A stretch of DNA of 64,000 bases from Gekko japonicus (Eukaryota). Numbering within the stretch: position 1 is the first letter of the stretch; every line of letters begins with the position of its first letter. Where the stretch lies: NCBI RefSeq assembly GCF_001447785.1, contig NW_015167060.1, positions 765,697 through 829,696 on the forward strand, written 5' to 3'. Both the position numbers and the translations under genes were made by a program. The notes beneath the pieces were generated by a model. That model had not been told where the DNA came from. It worked only from the letters and a program-made list of their open reading frames with translations, and did no database searches. Of this stretch, positions 38,341 to 59,146 are shown in pieces.

Positions 38341-38903
38341 TCACCTTAGTGGGATCCACCTGGCCACAATGGGGACTTCCCTGAGGCTGCCCAAGCCCTG
38401 GGCTGCCAGGGCCTGGGACCATCTCTCAGAGGGTCCCCACTCGAGCCAACACATAGGCTGAGTTGATGGAGACGAGGAAAAGCGAGTGTCCTCCTTTTGA
38501 GATTTTCCCTGGCTGGAATTTGGCCCAGTGCGGTTGTACTGCTTGTCGTGTGTGGTATCTGGAAAGCTGGCCGATCTATTGTGGCAGAAGCTTTTCTGGA
38601 CTCGAGCCCATTTCACCAGATGCCGTTTGTGTTGCTCGAGGGGTCAATGAGTTTTCTGCATTTTTTCCCATTCATATATTTGTTTGTGGCCACCCTCACT
38701 AAGTGTCCCCTCCTCCGCCAGATCCTACACTGTATACAAAAATTTGTCTAATCTGTTTGAACCCGTGGGTATTCTTGATGGCCATTACAGGTACTGGGCC
38801 CCACTTAGTCCAAGGAGTGTGTGTGTGTGTTTTTATGCTGCTCCCTGTGGTACTGATACAGTTTGTTGCCTTCTGTTTCCTGCAGGTGAGCCTCTCCACC
38901 TGA

Positions 38904-47012
<8,109 letters not shown>

Positions 47013-47419
47013 AATTCTCCTTAGTTCGCCAAAAGCAGTGTTCCTCTTCCTGGGTTTGCATTGCAGTTCATGCCCTTGAGATGGTTCAGATCTTTTATTG
47101 GCTATATGGAACATTTTGCCCGTTGGCCATGCAGAGCATCCCTGGCTGGCACCTCTTCAGGAAGGAGAGAGTACAGCAGACCCAGGTTTTTTGTTGCATC
47201 TACCACAAGCCTTGTTGCCGAGAGACTGGGATCGCCTTGTGCCCTCCGCCCTTCCAGAGGCTAGCTAATTATTGAAGCATGCCAGGAATTGTTTTTCCAC
47301 AACAGGCTTCCTTGCAGAAGACAGCCTGTGCTGACTGTGGTAGATTCTGCCCTTTGGAAGGTGTTGTGTGATTCCTTTGCTTTATTATTTAAAATTGGCT
47401 TCTAAGTTATATAAATGTA

Positions 47420-47425
47420 AATAAA
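47420..47425 (+). terminator. Probable RAB24 polyadenylation signal
   Basis: AATAAA about 400 bp after the stop, followed by a GT-rich downstream element. Confidence 0.6.
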
Positions 47426-48442
47426 AATGCAGTGTGGTCCTGTGTTGTTATATAGCTGGAGCTAGGACTGTTTTTACACTAATAGGGAAGCACATGGTGA
47501 AAATGGGATTGACCTTCATCTGCACACACAGCTGGACAGGGAACACTCTGCATCAGTAGGAAAGATATACCTCACTGGGGTTATACAGAGGACTGTCAAT
47601 TTCCAGCATAGGACAACTCTCTAAGATAATCAAGCCGCAAGGGGTGGGGGGAGTTTCAGGGAAGAAACAAAAGTCTGGCCCTGAAAGAGCCTCTCAGGAA
47701 CTCAAGACCTTTTATTGGACTAACTTTTGTGGGTGATAATAGGCCCAATCAGAAAGCATTTTGTTGGGGCTAGTTGTTGGCATATGTAGTTATGTCATGT
47801 TTATTACTAATAAGTAGGTGAGAATGAAGTGCTCTCTCTGATTTACTTAACTGATGGTTCTCTGTAATGCCCAAATATGAATACTTTTCCCGTGAGAAGT
47901 TTCAGTAAGACATTTATGTCCCACATCTGCAACAATGTGCATGAACTGGATTACAATAAAATCAAAAGTTGGTCTCCCAAACCCCCTCACTTCAGCCATT
48001 TTGCTCTACCTAAAAGGCCAAATCAATAGAATGCTATGGATCAGAAAGAAATCTGATTCCCACTTAGTAAATTCTCATGTTCCCTCTAGGAATTTTGTTG
48101 AAATTGGAAAGATACTGTGGCTGCCTAAAGGGAATTAGGTAAATTTCCTAATAGCATAGAATGACAGACTGGGAAACAGAATTTCCAAGCTCCACTTTTC
48201 ATTCTCTCTCATAGGAAATGTGTGAGAGCCAGGCAGTTTCTCCAGGCATCCTGAACGGCACCTGAGATGCACCTGTGCTTCCCTGTTACTTCATGTTCTA
48301 TCTGACAGCCTATCCTATTTGGCCTATTTTTGAAAGGAAAGCCTGGGGCTCCTCTTCCTAGCCTTTTCTCTGAAGTGACAGGTGGGGACTGGTCAACGTC
48401 ACAGGGAACCAGAACTAGTTTTCCTTCATCCTACCTCACAAT

Positions 48443-48648
48443 CAGTGTTCCCTCTAAGCTGAGTTACTGTGAGCTAGCTCACAGTTTTTTAGCCTTTGGC
48501 TCACACATTTTTGTCTTAGCGCAGGAAGGATGGCTCCAGAGCAGACTAATTTATGCAGCAGCCAAATCGCTCGCTCACAACTTTAATGCCAGTAGCTCAC
48601 ACAGTAGAATTTTTGCTCACAAGACTCCACAGCTTAGAGGGAACATTG
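48443..48648. mobile_element. hAT MITE (CAGTGTTCCCTCTAAG family)
   Basis: TIRs plus perfect 8-bp TSD CTCACAAT. Confidence 0.88.
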
Positions 48649-51469
48649 CTCACAATGCCAGCCTAATGAGGCTTTTATGGACCAAGGCCATAGCAATAAT
48701 TGGAAATTCCCCAAGTGATCAAACAAATTCAAGTTTATGAAACTATTTAAAATACTGTCTATAAACTACTTTATGAACAGGAGTGGAGAAGCAGTATATG
48801 TGTTTTGTAAACAAAAATACCGGTGGGATGCTGCTAATGTCATTTCTACGCAAGCTGCTATGGCCCTTTCAGAGAGCAATAAAGCCATTATTTCCTAGCT
48901 TCATTTCCTCTTGCATTAACAGCTACACTTTGTACTTTTTGGTTTGATAAGCTGCTTTTTTAACAGGTGTCTTGATAAAGATTACTTCAGTGTCCTAAGG
49001 GCTATATGTATATATACATTATTTAACTACCTCCTTCTGGTGCAACCTTCCACACACTGCTTTCCCCGCAGCCTTTTACATCACGGACTTCAGGAACCAC
49101 AGAAGCTTCCTAAACTTCATCTCAATATACTGATGGCTTACAGAAGTCCCAATGGAAAGTTTCTTGCAATTCAGGCTCAGTACTTGGGATATTACACTGT
49201 GCTCTGGTAATCCTTCACAAGTGTATTTACTTGTCCATACAAGCAAATGTGTGGATTCAATCCTAGTTAAAGACATTATAAATACCAGTGGTATGTATGT
49301 ACCCTTTCCAGTTCTGCATGGTAAAAGAAGCTATGGAAGCACAGTGGCAACTTCCTTGACCCCCTGCTTAAAAATACAGATACAGTTCAGAAAGCAGCAG
49401 AGACAGGACAGTGCTTCATTACCTTTCTGTGTATCGTCAGCTTTTCCTCCTTGGAGAAGAATGTTTTTCTTGATAGCTAAATACTGTTGTATTGAGTCTA
49501 CAAAGATAGTACAGGGGGGAAATAGAAATACCTGGGACTGGTAAAGGATCTACTTCCCAAATATATAAACCCAATACTATGATATAGATGTTCATGTAGG
49601 ATACATTGATCCAGTAAGCATGCAACTGCTCTGTGCTCTGCAATCTGGTCCAACTGGGTTTCCCCAGAAGTAGTGCCTTAGTCTCAGGCCTGGGGCTGTC
49701 AAGGCATGGGGTGGAGCTTGGAACACGGGGTTTGTGCCTTGTGGACCGGTTGATCCAGCAAGGTTGTCTTCTTGGGACTCAGTTTAAATAGACTGAGAGG
49801 TAATTCACCCCAGTGTAGTTGCAGGCAGGTGCTGGAGTTCCTGTGCTGTACTCTGGGCAGGGTCTTGCAAAAGTACCATCAGAGCACTATTCTTGCTCAA
49901 CATTTGGGCTGCATGCAGCTCATCTGGCATTTTGCCTCTTCTGTGCCACTCTGGCCTGGACCTTCTGCCGCCATTGTTCCTGCAAAGTAAGAGGATCCTG
50001 GGGGGGCTACAGGCCCACATTTGAGACCTGCAGGGCAGAAGAGCAGTGGCCAGGGTTTTTTTTGCAGGCTCTGGCACGGAGCCTCTGCAGAGCTGGGCCC
50101 TCCCTGATCCCTCTGGCCCTCCTCTGCCACTGACCTCGTCTTTCCCTTAGCACTGTGAGCTGACCACTGAGTTGGGCAGAGGGAACCGTAACAGCAACAA
50201 ATCCAGTCAGTGGTTCTAATCCACTAACCAGATTACATCTGGACACAGTGCTTCCAAGAAGATGAGAACAATGATATGGTGTTGGAACGTGCTGTCAAGT
50301 CACAGCAGACTAGTAGTGACCCCATAGGGTTTTCAAGGCAAAAGACCCTCAGAAGTGGTCTCCCATCCAAATACTGACCAGGGCCAACCATGCTTACCTT
50401 CTGAGATCTGATCAGATTGGGCTAACCTGGGCTATCCAGTTCAGAACAACAGTGATATGGCAACACTCTAAGGGAGCTTGAACATCACTTATCAAAGGAA
50501 TTGGCAAGGGAACCTATTACAGAACTACAGATTTCAGGGTCCGGACAGAATTATTGTTAGTTTCATGTACATAATGTAAATATAACCAAATTGCAGACTG
50601 GACCTTACACTAGGGCCTATTAAGGTGAAAGACTGTAACTGAAAATGTATCTACTGCACCTAAAAAGAGAGGTAGGGACCTAATTTTGAGAGTAAAAAAG
50701 GGTATGGTATAGGGGACATGACCCCTCTCTCTCTGCCGATTTCTTTCCTGATACCATTTTCTCCCAACTGAGCTCTGATACTAGACCTGAGCCGCACTGG
50801 CAGAAAAGCACCATGGAGAATGTGGGAGGAGAGGCTAGGGTGAGGTACACAGAAGGTTCACTTCCTCTGCCCCACACCTGTTTTGCTCTCAACATCAGAC
50901 CCTTTGTCCACGGCTTAATTCGTGCCTGGGGAAAAGCCAGCTTTAAACAAACATGGCTACCACTGTGATATGTAGTTTGAATCTAAACCTGCATTTATAA
51001 AGTTTGCCACTGTACGTAGCTTGGTCAGACTGCCAGAGTAAAATAAACCAAGAAGTGAGGTGTGAGATTCCAAATTAGCACTGTATGTCTTGGTGGCCAC
51101 CCTTTTGTTAAAGTTAAAAACGTTTGATGCAAACTAGCAAGGCCCAAAAGCTTTCCAACAGTCATTAGAGATGGGTGGTTAGAATCCAGTTGCAGGTTTT
51201 CTTTACTGAGATAAGGCAGTTTTAATGAAACTAGTTTTCAGAAATAGCTGCTAAGGAGGTGAGTGCAAGTCTGAAGTTCTGGTTGAAACTAATGTTATTC
51301 CAAACTGTTTATGGAAATATCTGACTCTGGACTTGCCCTGACGCAAAGAAAGTAAAATAGAACTCCCACCCCACCCCCTACCCTTTTGTCTACCCACTCG
51401 TAATCTCCTCTGTGAGACAATAAAACTGATCAGAATCTGCACTGCCCAAGAGCAATGAGACAACATACA

Positions 51470-54400
51470 ACCGTCAAGAGTAAAGTTAAACTTTACTTTA
51501 CAGTAATTGCTTTCTTTTATATACAAAGAATTACAGTACATATTCCGGGAACACCTGGGTAGGGCAACCTTTTCCATTATAGTAAGTTTCACATACAGTC
51601 AACTGGCTATAAGGAGACCAAAATGAAAGTAATGATCCAATACTCCTCTTCTTAATACAGACACTATAAACACTTCCCTCGCCCAGCTCTTTAATCCTTT
51701 TGTCGATTACACAGATGAGAATTGGGTAGTTCTGTATACATACATTAAGTCTGGCTGTCACTACTAACACCAGCATATGCTCTGTTGACTTCCCTCTCGT
51801 TATCCGTGAAGAAACATAAAGATTAAACTCTGGAGAGTCACTGCAGAACAGGAGTTCAGTCCTCCTCTTGCAACAGCCCTCCTCAGCCACAACTCCCACT
51901 GAGGTGCTTTCCAGATCAGCAACAAGCATGCTTGAGAAGGATGAAGCAATACAAAATGGCTTGGGAAAACAATCTTCCTCCACTCATTCATGTTAGCACC
52001 GCTTAATGCTCATTTCCCAGCCTGGCCTCTCTGTTTTCTTTCAGTTTGTTACTTAAAAGAGTGGGGAGAACCTACTCATTTTAACCCTTTTCCATTTCTA
52101 GCTGTCTCAGGGACCATCTCTGTTTGCAGCAGACATCATTCTCGGACCAAGCAATACCAGGGATGCATGAACCCTTTTCTCTCCTTGCTCCACCTGCTGT
52201 GTGGCACCCACTGAATGAAGAATACAAAGGAGAGCTATATAAATGTTTTATCATGGACAGATTTGTTAAATAATCAAAAAAAAAAGAACTACTGCACCAA
52301 TAGTGAGAATCGGGACAGTGAAAGGTAGGTGTCATATATACATTGATCCTGCTTTCCTGAAAATGGCAACTGTTTGGGAACGTAGAAGTCAAAAGGAAAA
52401 AACTGTGGTCATTATTATTTTTCTATTTCATCACTTTTTGGGAAATGTACTCTGAAATCTCTTGCTCTCATTATGAAGCTATCCTAGGTACCTGTAAATG
52501 CAATCCTTTTTAAAACACTAGAATATACTTCCTTCATCACTGGCCCTCTGCTTCTCACAGACATGCAAAATGCCAAACACACTACAGGTTAGTGACAAAC
52601 CTGTGGTATCACATAGACCTGAAATAAACTATACAAATTTTGGGAGAGCCTTTAACAGTTTCAGCACAAAAACAAGAGCATGTGCAGAATGTTTAAATGC
52701 CTACTCCAAATTTCCACTTTCAACAGAAAAGGCCAGACCTCAGTTCCTCCACTACAAACTATACATCCTAAAGCAAATGCACTGTAGCACACTTAGCGTT
52801 CACAGAATAACAAAGACAGCAATGCTTTCCAGACAAGCAAAGGCCACTGCAGTTGATTTTAGCACTGGTGGGGGATTGCCAGATCTTTCCGTATAAAAGC
52901 TGAACCACATTTTCCCATGTAGCTAGCCTGCCTGGCTTTTATTAACATGCATCAGGCCACAGCACAGCACTAGAGAAGGGAGGACATTTGCAGTGTTAAG
53001 GCTGAAGTCACAGAGGGCAATGTGAGAACAGAATCTAGTTTTAGTTTGTGGAGCTGCGAGTCTCCCAGAAGTGATACAAATACCCCAAGATCAAGATAAG
53101 CAACACAGATTTTCTAATCAAAGTGCTGCTTCCCCCCAAATAATACAAACCTCAAGAAACAGCTAAAGAACTTATGCCATTCAGAGGAATCTGCAGTTAT
53201 GTTCATTGACTGGCATGCATGTTTTCTATCCAAAGGCAGTATAGAGACGCGTCTTGTAGCCATGCACAGGAATTGTGGCTTCTAGTGTAGCTCTACTGTA
53301 GGAAGGATGGTGGCTAAAGACATTGGGCAACAATTCCACATTCTCAGAAGGCCAATGAGAACCTAAGTCTGGAAAGACCAGTTTGTTTACTTCACTTTCA
53401 AGCCAGTTTTATACAGATTCTGGCTTGTTCTGTTTCTCAAAAAGATGAAGTAATTAACTTTTTTGTAATATTACTTTTCACATGAAATGACTTGCATTAC
53501 TGCTACATGTTTTTATATGGGGGGGGGATAGCTCCATTATAAACAATTGCTCCTGTCAACCAAGGCCCCAAGTACAATTGCCTAGTTGCATTCTGTCTAT
53601 TATGCAATTCTGTGAATGTGATGTGCAAGCATACAGCATCTGGCATCCTGAATACTTCAAGTTTCATCTTTTTCTTTTTAAAATTTATAGTCCTTAAGGA
53701 TACAAAAAGGTTGGGGGGAAAGTAGGTGAGCCTGAGAGGGGAGTGGACAAGCCAATAGTTCTTTGTCTCTCTCCTCAGTCTAAGGTATGAAATAAACATT
53801 TGCAATTCTGCTTATCTGAATGATCCACCCATCACTGAACCAAAGAATCTGGCTCATTTTGACAGAGGCTGGGAAATGTGTAAAGCTCTTTCTAATTAGA
53901 CCTCACCAGGAGAGGATCCAGTTTCCCGCATGGAATATGAAATCAAGGTGGAAGATTGACAGCTCAAACACCAGATGCTTGTTACTGTGGTCTAGCAAGG
54001 TACTGCACAAGCAGCAGTAGAATAGCCGGCAGCCCAGCTTGTGGCAACAGCAGCTGATTCAGGCTACGGAAAGGGCAAATGACAGGGATATTTTCCTTGT
54101 CATACCAAGCATGGTGATCTATACAAACAGATAACCCCATCACTCTTTTATCCGGTGTTCTTTTGGACAGTCCTTCACATTCAGGGTTTCTCAGAATGCT
54201 ACAGTGTTCAGTCTCTGCTTGGTTGGTGTTTGTCCTGATAGACTGTTCTGCCTTACGTGAGTGAGCAATTCTTCCCATTCCAGAGAGGAAGTATTTACTT
54301 CTGCCTTGCATTCAGAGAGCTGGTGTCAATTCTGGTTTCTGTAGGAATGCTTCTCTAAGCTTTGCCTTGTGATTTCTTCATTTAGCTTAATCAGTTAGAC

Positions 54401-57299
54401 ACTGTGCTTGGAAAGGTGCTCTCTGTAGTGGATATAGTAGTACTATAGGCATGCATGTGCACATTCTCCCATGTACATTTCTGTGACAGTTTCTATTGCA
54501 GATGCTTAATTTGGCAGCTTCTTGTTTCCAAGAAACGTACTGATCAGGGAAGGAATAGGCTGTAAAACTGAATCTGTACAGAGAAGCTCTCAAGGGAGAA
54601 GGGAAGGACGAAGGGGGAGATCCGGCAATCGGTATGAAATGTCATGCAAAAAAATCCAACCCAATTTAAATGATAATTTCAAGCCACAAATTCAATATGG
54701 GCTGCTGCTGTATGGACCACCTTTGCTACTGTTATTACATCACTTGTTCCCTGGAACCTGCACACAGGAGAATTTATTCATAGAGAAATTTGCTCTGCTT
54801 TAAAGATTTAAAATAGCCTCCACCAAAAATATTCACAGTTTGTTTTTTTTCCCATGAAACAAAAAGCTAGTCAAAACACATGACATTGCAAGAACAGAGT
54901 TGGACAAAGCAGTGCAGGTATTTTCTTGTTACAGGAACAGCTGGCTGGGGAGAGGGGAGGGGCTGGCACAAAGGAAGCCCTAAACACACAATCTACATGA
55001 CGGTCCAGCTCACGGGAAGGCCTAGATATGTAAAATTTTAGAGTTTTATTTTTTTTCCACACAAGAGAAATATTAAATATACTGAGCCTCATAATTCAGT
55101 TGGCTTGCTAAGTTTAAGAAGGTGATCTTTTCATTGCTTAAGAAAAGCTTTAGTAAAATGCCCTTGGCTCCTTGTTCCTGTCTTATTCATTCTGAAGCGC
55201 TGTCCCGTTTTCCTCTGTATGGGAGTCATGCGGAAGCAGGGGCATTTGCACTTCCTCAGTTCCGGCTATGAGCTGTGCTTGGCCTGCAGTTCTTCACAGA
55301 GAACCAGGTTGAAGCACTAAGATTCCATAGAATGCCTTGCAAAGTTACCAGTTGTACTCAGAGAAGGTGAAATGATTCAGAGGAGAGGATAAGATGCACA
55401 ATAGCAGAGGGAACGTTTTCCATTGCCCAGCAGAAACCATCACCGTGGAAAGCATAAATCGTAATACTGGCAAATGCCTATCGGATCTGAGTTACCCTGC
55501 TTTATCTGTTCCCATGTGAGAGGATCTGGGTTAGGATACAATTAGGACTTCTACTCTGAGCGAAAACTTGAAAAACTAAGGAGGTCAAATGGAAGTGGGC
55601 CAGGTTTGCTATCTGAAGCTGGAGCATGACAGACGGTGAGACTCCAACTTCCCCGCAAGTAGAGTGACAATGGCTATGCACAAATAGAGCTGGGGTTTTT
55701 TTTAGGATTGAGCTGAAATCAATATGGGAAGTACCTGCCTGATGGGCCTGTCTGCTCTTCATTCAAGAACAGCAGAAATGGTCATATTCAGCCCCAAGTA
55801 ATAATTTTTCTGATTCCCCAGGTATAATTCTACAGTAACATCCGATCAATACCTAGCAAGCTGCTCTTCTATCTGCAGGGAACATAGCTGTCTGGTTGGG
55901 TAACACAAAATGCCCTCAACCAAATTTACACAGAATAGCAGCCTGGCAATTCACCAGCCTTGACTGGAAAATGAGGAAAGAACAGAGATCTCAGCCAGAT
56001 GCTGGAGCCCTTGTGTTCCAGTGTGAGAACTATTGTCTTAGGAGGATCTCTGTTTCTGACTTGCAGAGACTCTTCAGTGTAGCCCAGTTAATTCAAGTCT
56101 TCTTTCAGTATTTTTGGTAACATGAGAGATGCCTTAAGCTAAAGACTAATCAGGATAACAGTTTTAAAAATTCCCATATTGGTCAAGTTTTTTCTCAAAC
56201 AGGTGACCAGTTCTGCCTTATCTTCTGAATTAAGTTATACTTTAGCAACAGCAATACACTGAAGCTGCCGGGACTATACCATACAACGCAAACAGAACTC
56301 TAAAGTACATGTTTGCAGTGGAGAAGGGCAAGATGATTCATTTCATTTGTCCACACTGACAAACAGTTGCTGATGCAAAGAGAATGGACTTAGGGAGAGA
56401 AAAAACTAGAGAGCAGCAATGACACACTGCAAAATCCAGAAGAGGGATTTACTAATTTCCGCAGCATGCTTTTGCTGCGGCCCTCAGTTGTCAATTTTCT
56501 GGAGAAGTGGTAGCTCTGACTGCACTGCATGAAAGGGTTAACTCCCAAGAATAAGAATACTGATTGATGACATCTTTGAATTTCTTTTATTCCCGCTTCC
56601 ATTTGTAAGATCAGTCAGTTATGGTGCAGTGCACTATCATGCCTGGTAGACCTAGGCTTCTCAAGCAACTTCAAGTACCACTAAGACTTTTTTCTTTCTT
56701 TCAAAAAAAGCACCTGCACTTTGACATGTTTTGCAGTGGCAGCATATTTTCAAGCAAACACCCCTAAAACAGAACTGGGAGGAAAACAGAATTAGAGAAA
56801 GAAAGTATAAAGTCCCTTCCTTACACCTGACCTACAACTGGGGTTACCCCTTAATTGTTTTGGAAATGTGAGGTGTCAGTGCAGAATTGCTGACCTGCAT
56901 CTAGCAAGAACAGAGGGAAGGAAATGACTCCTTTGGAATTACTTACAAATATTTAGGAAACATACCTTCAGTGCAAGCCTGTCACTCAGACATGCAAGAC
57001 TAATAATTTGATTATTTCAATAGCATTAGAAATTCTATCCACAGTGGAATCCATTATTTCAGCTTTATTGTTTGCAAAACGAAGAAGGAACAGACCATCA
57101 ACATTCTTGCTCCTTGGCTGGGCATCATTCAGATTTAGATAAGTGTACCGGTATAGATCTTAATTGGGTGGGTGGGATGTGTTGAAAGTTAAGGGTCTGG
57201 GGAAGTAAAATTAAAAAACAAGAAAAAAATACCCTTCCCTATACAATTAAAAAAACAACAACCCAATAACGGTGACCCGTCTGGTCTCATAAACTGGCT
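51470..57299 (-). other. Probable long NSD1 3' UTR
   Basis: About 5.8 kb downstream of the NSD1 stop with no repeat I could recognise, unlike the flanks. AGTAAA variant signal on minus near 51490. End point uncertain. Confidence 0.45.
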
Positions 57300-59146
57300 T
57301 CACTTAGGTTTAGACTCAGTAGGTTCATGGCCAGGAGAGTCCTGGTTCAGTACTAGCACCGAATTTTGTTCAGACAAAGGCAAAATGTCCTGCCCCACAG
57401 ATGTTTGTGCTTTCCCAGACAACCAAGAGATCTGCTCCAATGTCTGAATGTTTCTGGTCAGCCATGAAGTTTGCCCAGAAGGATGTGGAGCTTCTTTTGC
57501 AGGCCAAGGAGGCTGTTCAAATGCACACAGTCTTTCTGTTGACCAAAATGTCTGCTCCATGGGGGTTGCAGGGGCCACTTCTTGGCTTGGACAAAGACTG
57601 GGCTCTGGGGCCTGCAGTTTCTCAGCTGTCCAAAGTGATTGTTCTTTAGATGACAGTCCTTTTGCACTAAGCCGAGAGGGCTGTTCACGTATTTGCAAGT
57701 TCTCTAAGGGGCAGGTTGTTTGCCCCGCATATACGGAAAGTTTCCCTGTAGATCTACAGGACTGCTCATCATATACAGATGTCCGTTCTTTTGGTTGAGG
57801 GTTCTGCTCCATGCTCACAGAGCCTCTTTCTTTTGGTTGAGCATTCTGGTCAACAGGCCTCAGTGCTTTCTCTGACAGCAAAGGACTTGGACTTAGTGGG
57901 GTGGGAAGCCTATCTGATAGCTGAGGTCTCAGCTCTGTGGTGGTAGAGGGCTTGTCTGATGGCACAGACCAAGTATCCACTGGGGTAGAAAGCCTGTTGG
58001 GTGTCTGAGGCCATGATCCCATAGGCTTTTCTGATGGCTTAGACCTCAGGGCTATAGGAGTGGCTGACCTGACTGCTGGCTGAGATCTCAGGCTCACAGG
58101 AGTGACAGACTTGCCTGAGGGCTGAGGCAGGGGGCCAACAGAAGTGGCCCCTTCCAGTGGCTGAGATTCAGGCTCTGAAAGCTTGTCTGACACCGGGAGC
58201 TTCGCCTTCTCCGTGGCAGATGGCTTGTTTAACATCCGGGTCCCAGTTGTGTCTGCAGAAGGTGACCTATCTGACATCTCAGGCTCTAGTGTCTCTGAAG
58301 CAGGAATTTTGTCTGATGTCTCAGATCCCAACGCCTCTACAGAAGGTTTCTTGTCCTGAGGTCCTGATGTCTCTGTGGTGGGCCGCTTGTTTGAGGGCTG
58401 TAACTCATGAACTACAGTGGAGGATAGCTTTTCTGAGGGTTGCAACTTCTGGGTTATAGTGCAGGCTAGTTTTTCAGAAGGCTGTAGCCTCAGGGCCACA
58501 GTGGAGGGTGATATTTCTGAGGGATGTAGCCTAAGAGCCACGGCAGAGAGTGGCTTGTCAGACGACTGCAACCTAAGGGCGAGGGCGGAGGATAATTTGT
58601 CTGAGGGCTTTAACCTCAGGGCCAGGGTAGAGGGCAACTTGTCGGAAGGTTTTAAACTCAGGGCTAGGGTGGAGGAAAGTTTGTCTGATGGTTGTATCCT
58701 CAGTGCCACTGTGGAAGGTGATTTATCTGAGGGCTGTAGCTTCAGTGCAACTGAGGAAGGTGGCTTTTCTGAGGACTTTAATCTCAGAGCCAGTGAAGAG
58801 GAAGGTGGTTTATCTGAGGGCTGCAGCCTCAGGGCCACAGTCAGAGGTAGCTTCTCTGATGGCTGAGATTTTGGGTCAGTGGCAGAAGGCTGCTGGTCTG
58901 ATGACTCAGTGTTTTTGCAGCCAGCTGCTGATTCTGTGGAAGGCGCATACTCACGAATCTCTCCTGGCTCTAGAGGGTTAGGGCCACAAGGATCATGTTC
59001 TGTACATGACAGGCGTCCATCCAACTTAGAGATGAATAGCATGCCTTCTCGATGCTGCTTGCAGAAGGATTTGGGGCACATCTCACAGAAAGAAGCTGCT
59101 TCTTTGTTACATACATCACACTGATGCCAAGGACACTCCCATTTCC
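57300..59146 (-). CDS. NSD1: NSD1 terminal coding exon
   Basis: ctgcag|[11 protein letters not shown]...TESKPK*. Confidence 0.94.

Noticed and set aside
58417-58866. 149-aa plus-strand repetitive ORF
   Set aside because: Antisense shadow of the NSD1 42-bp coding repeat; no independent evidence.
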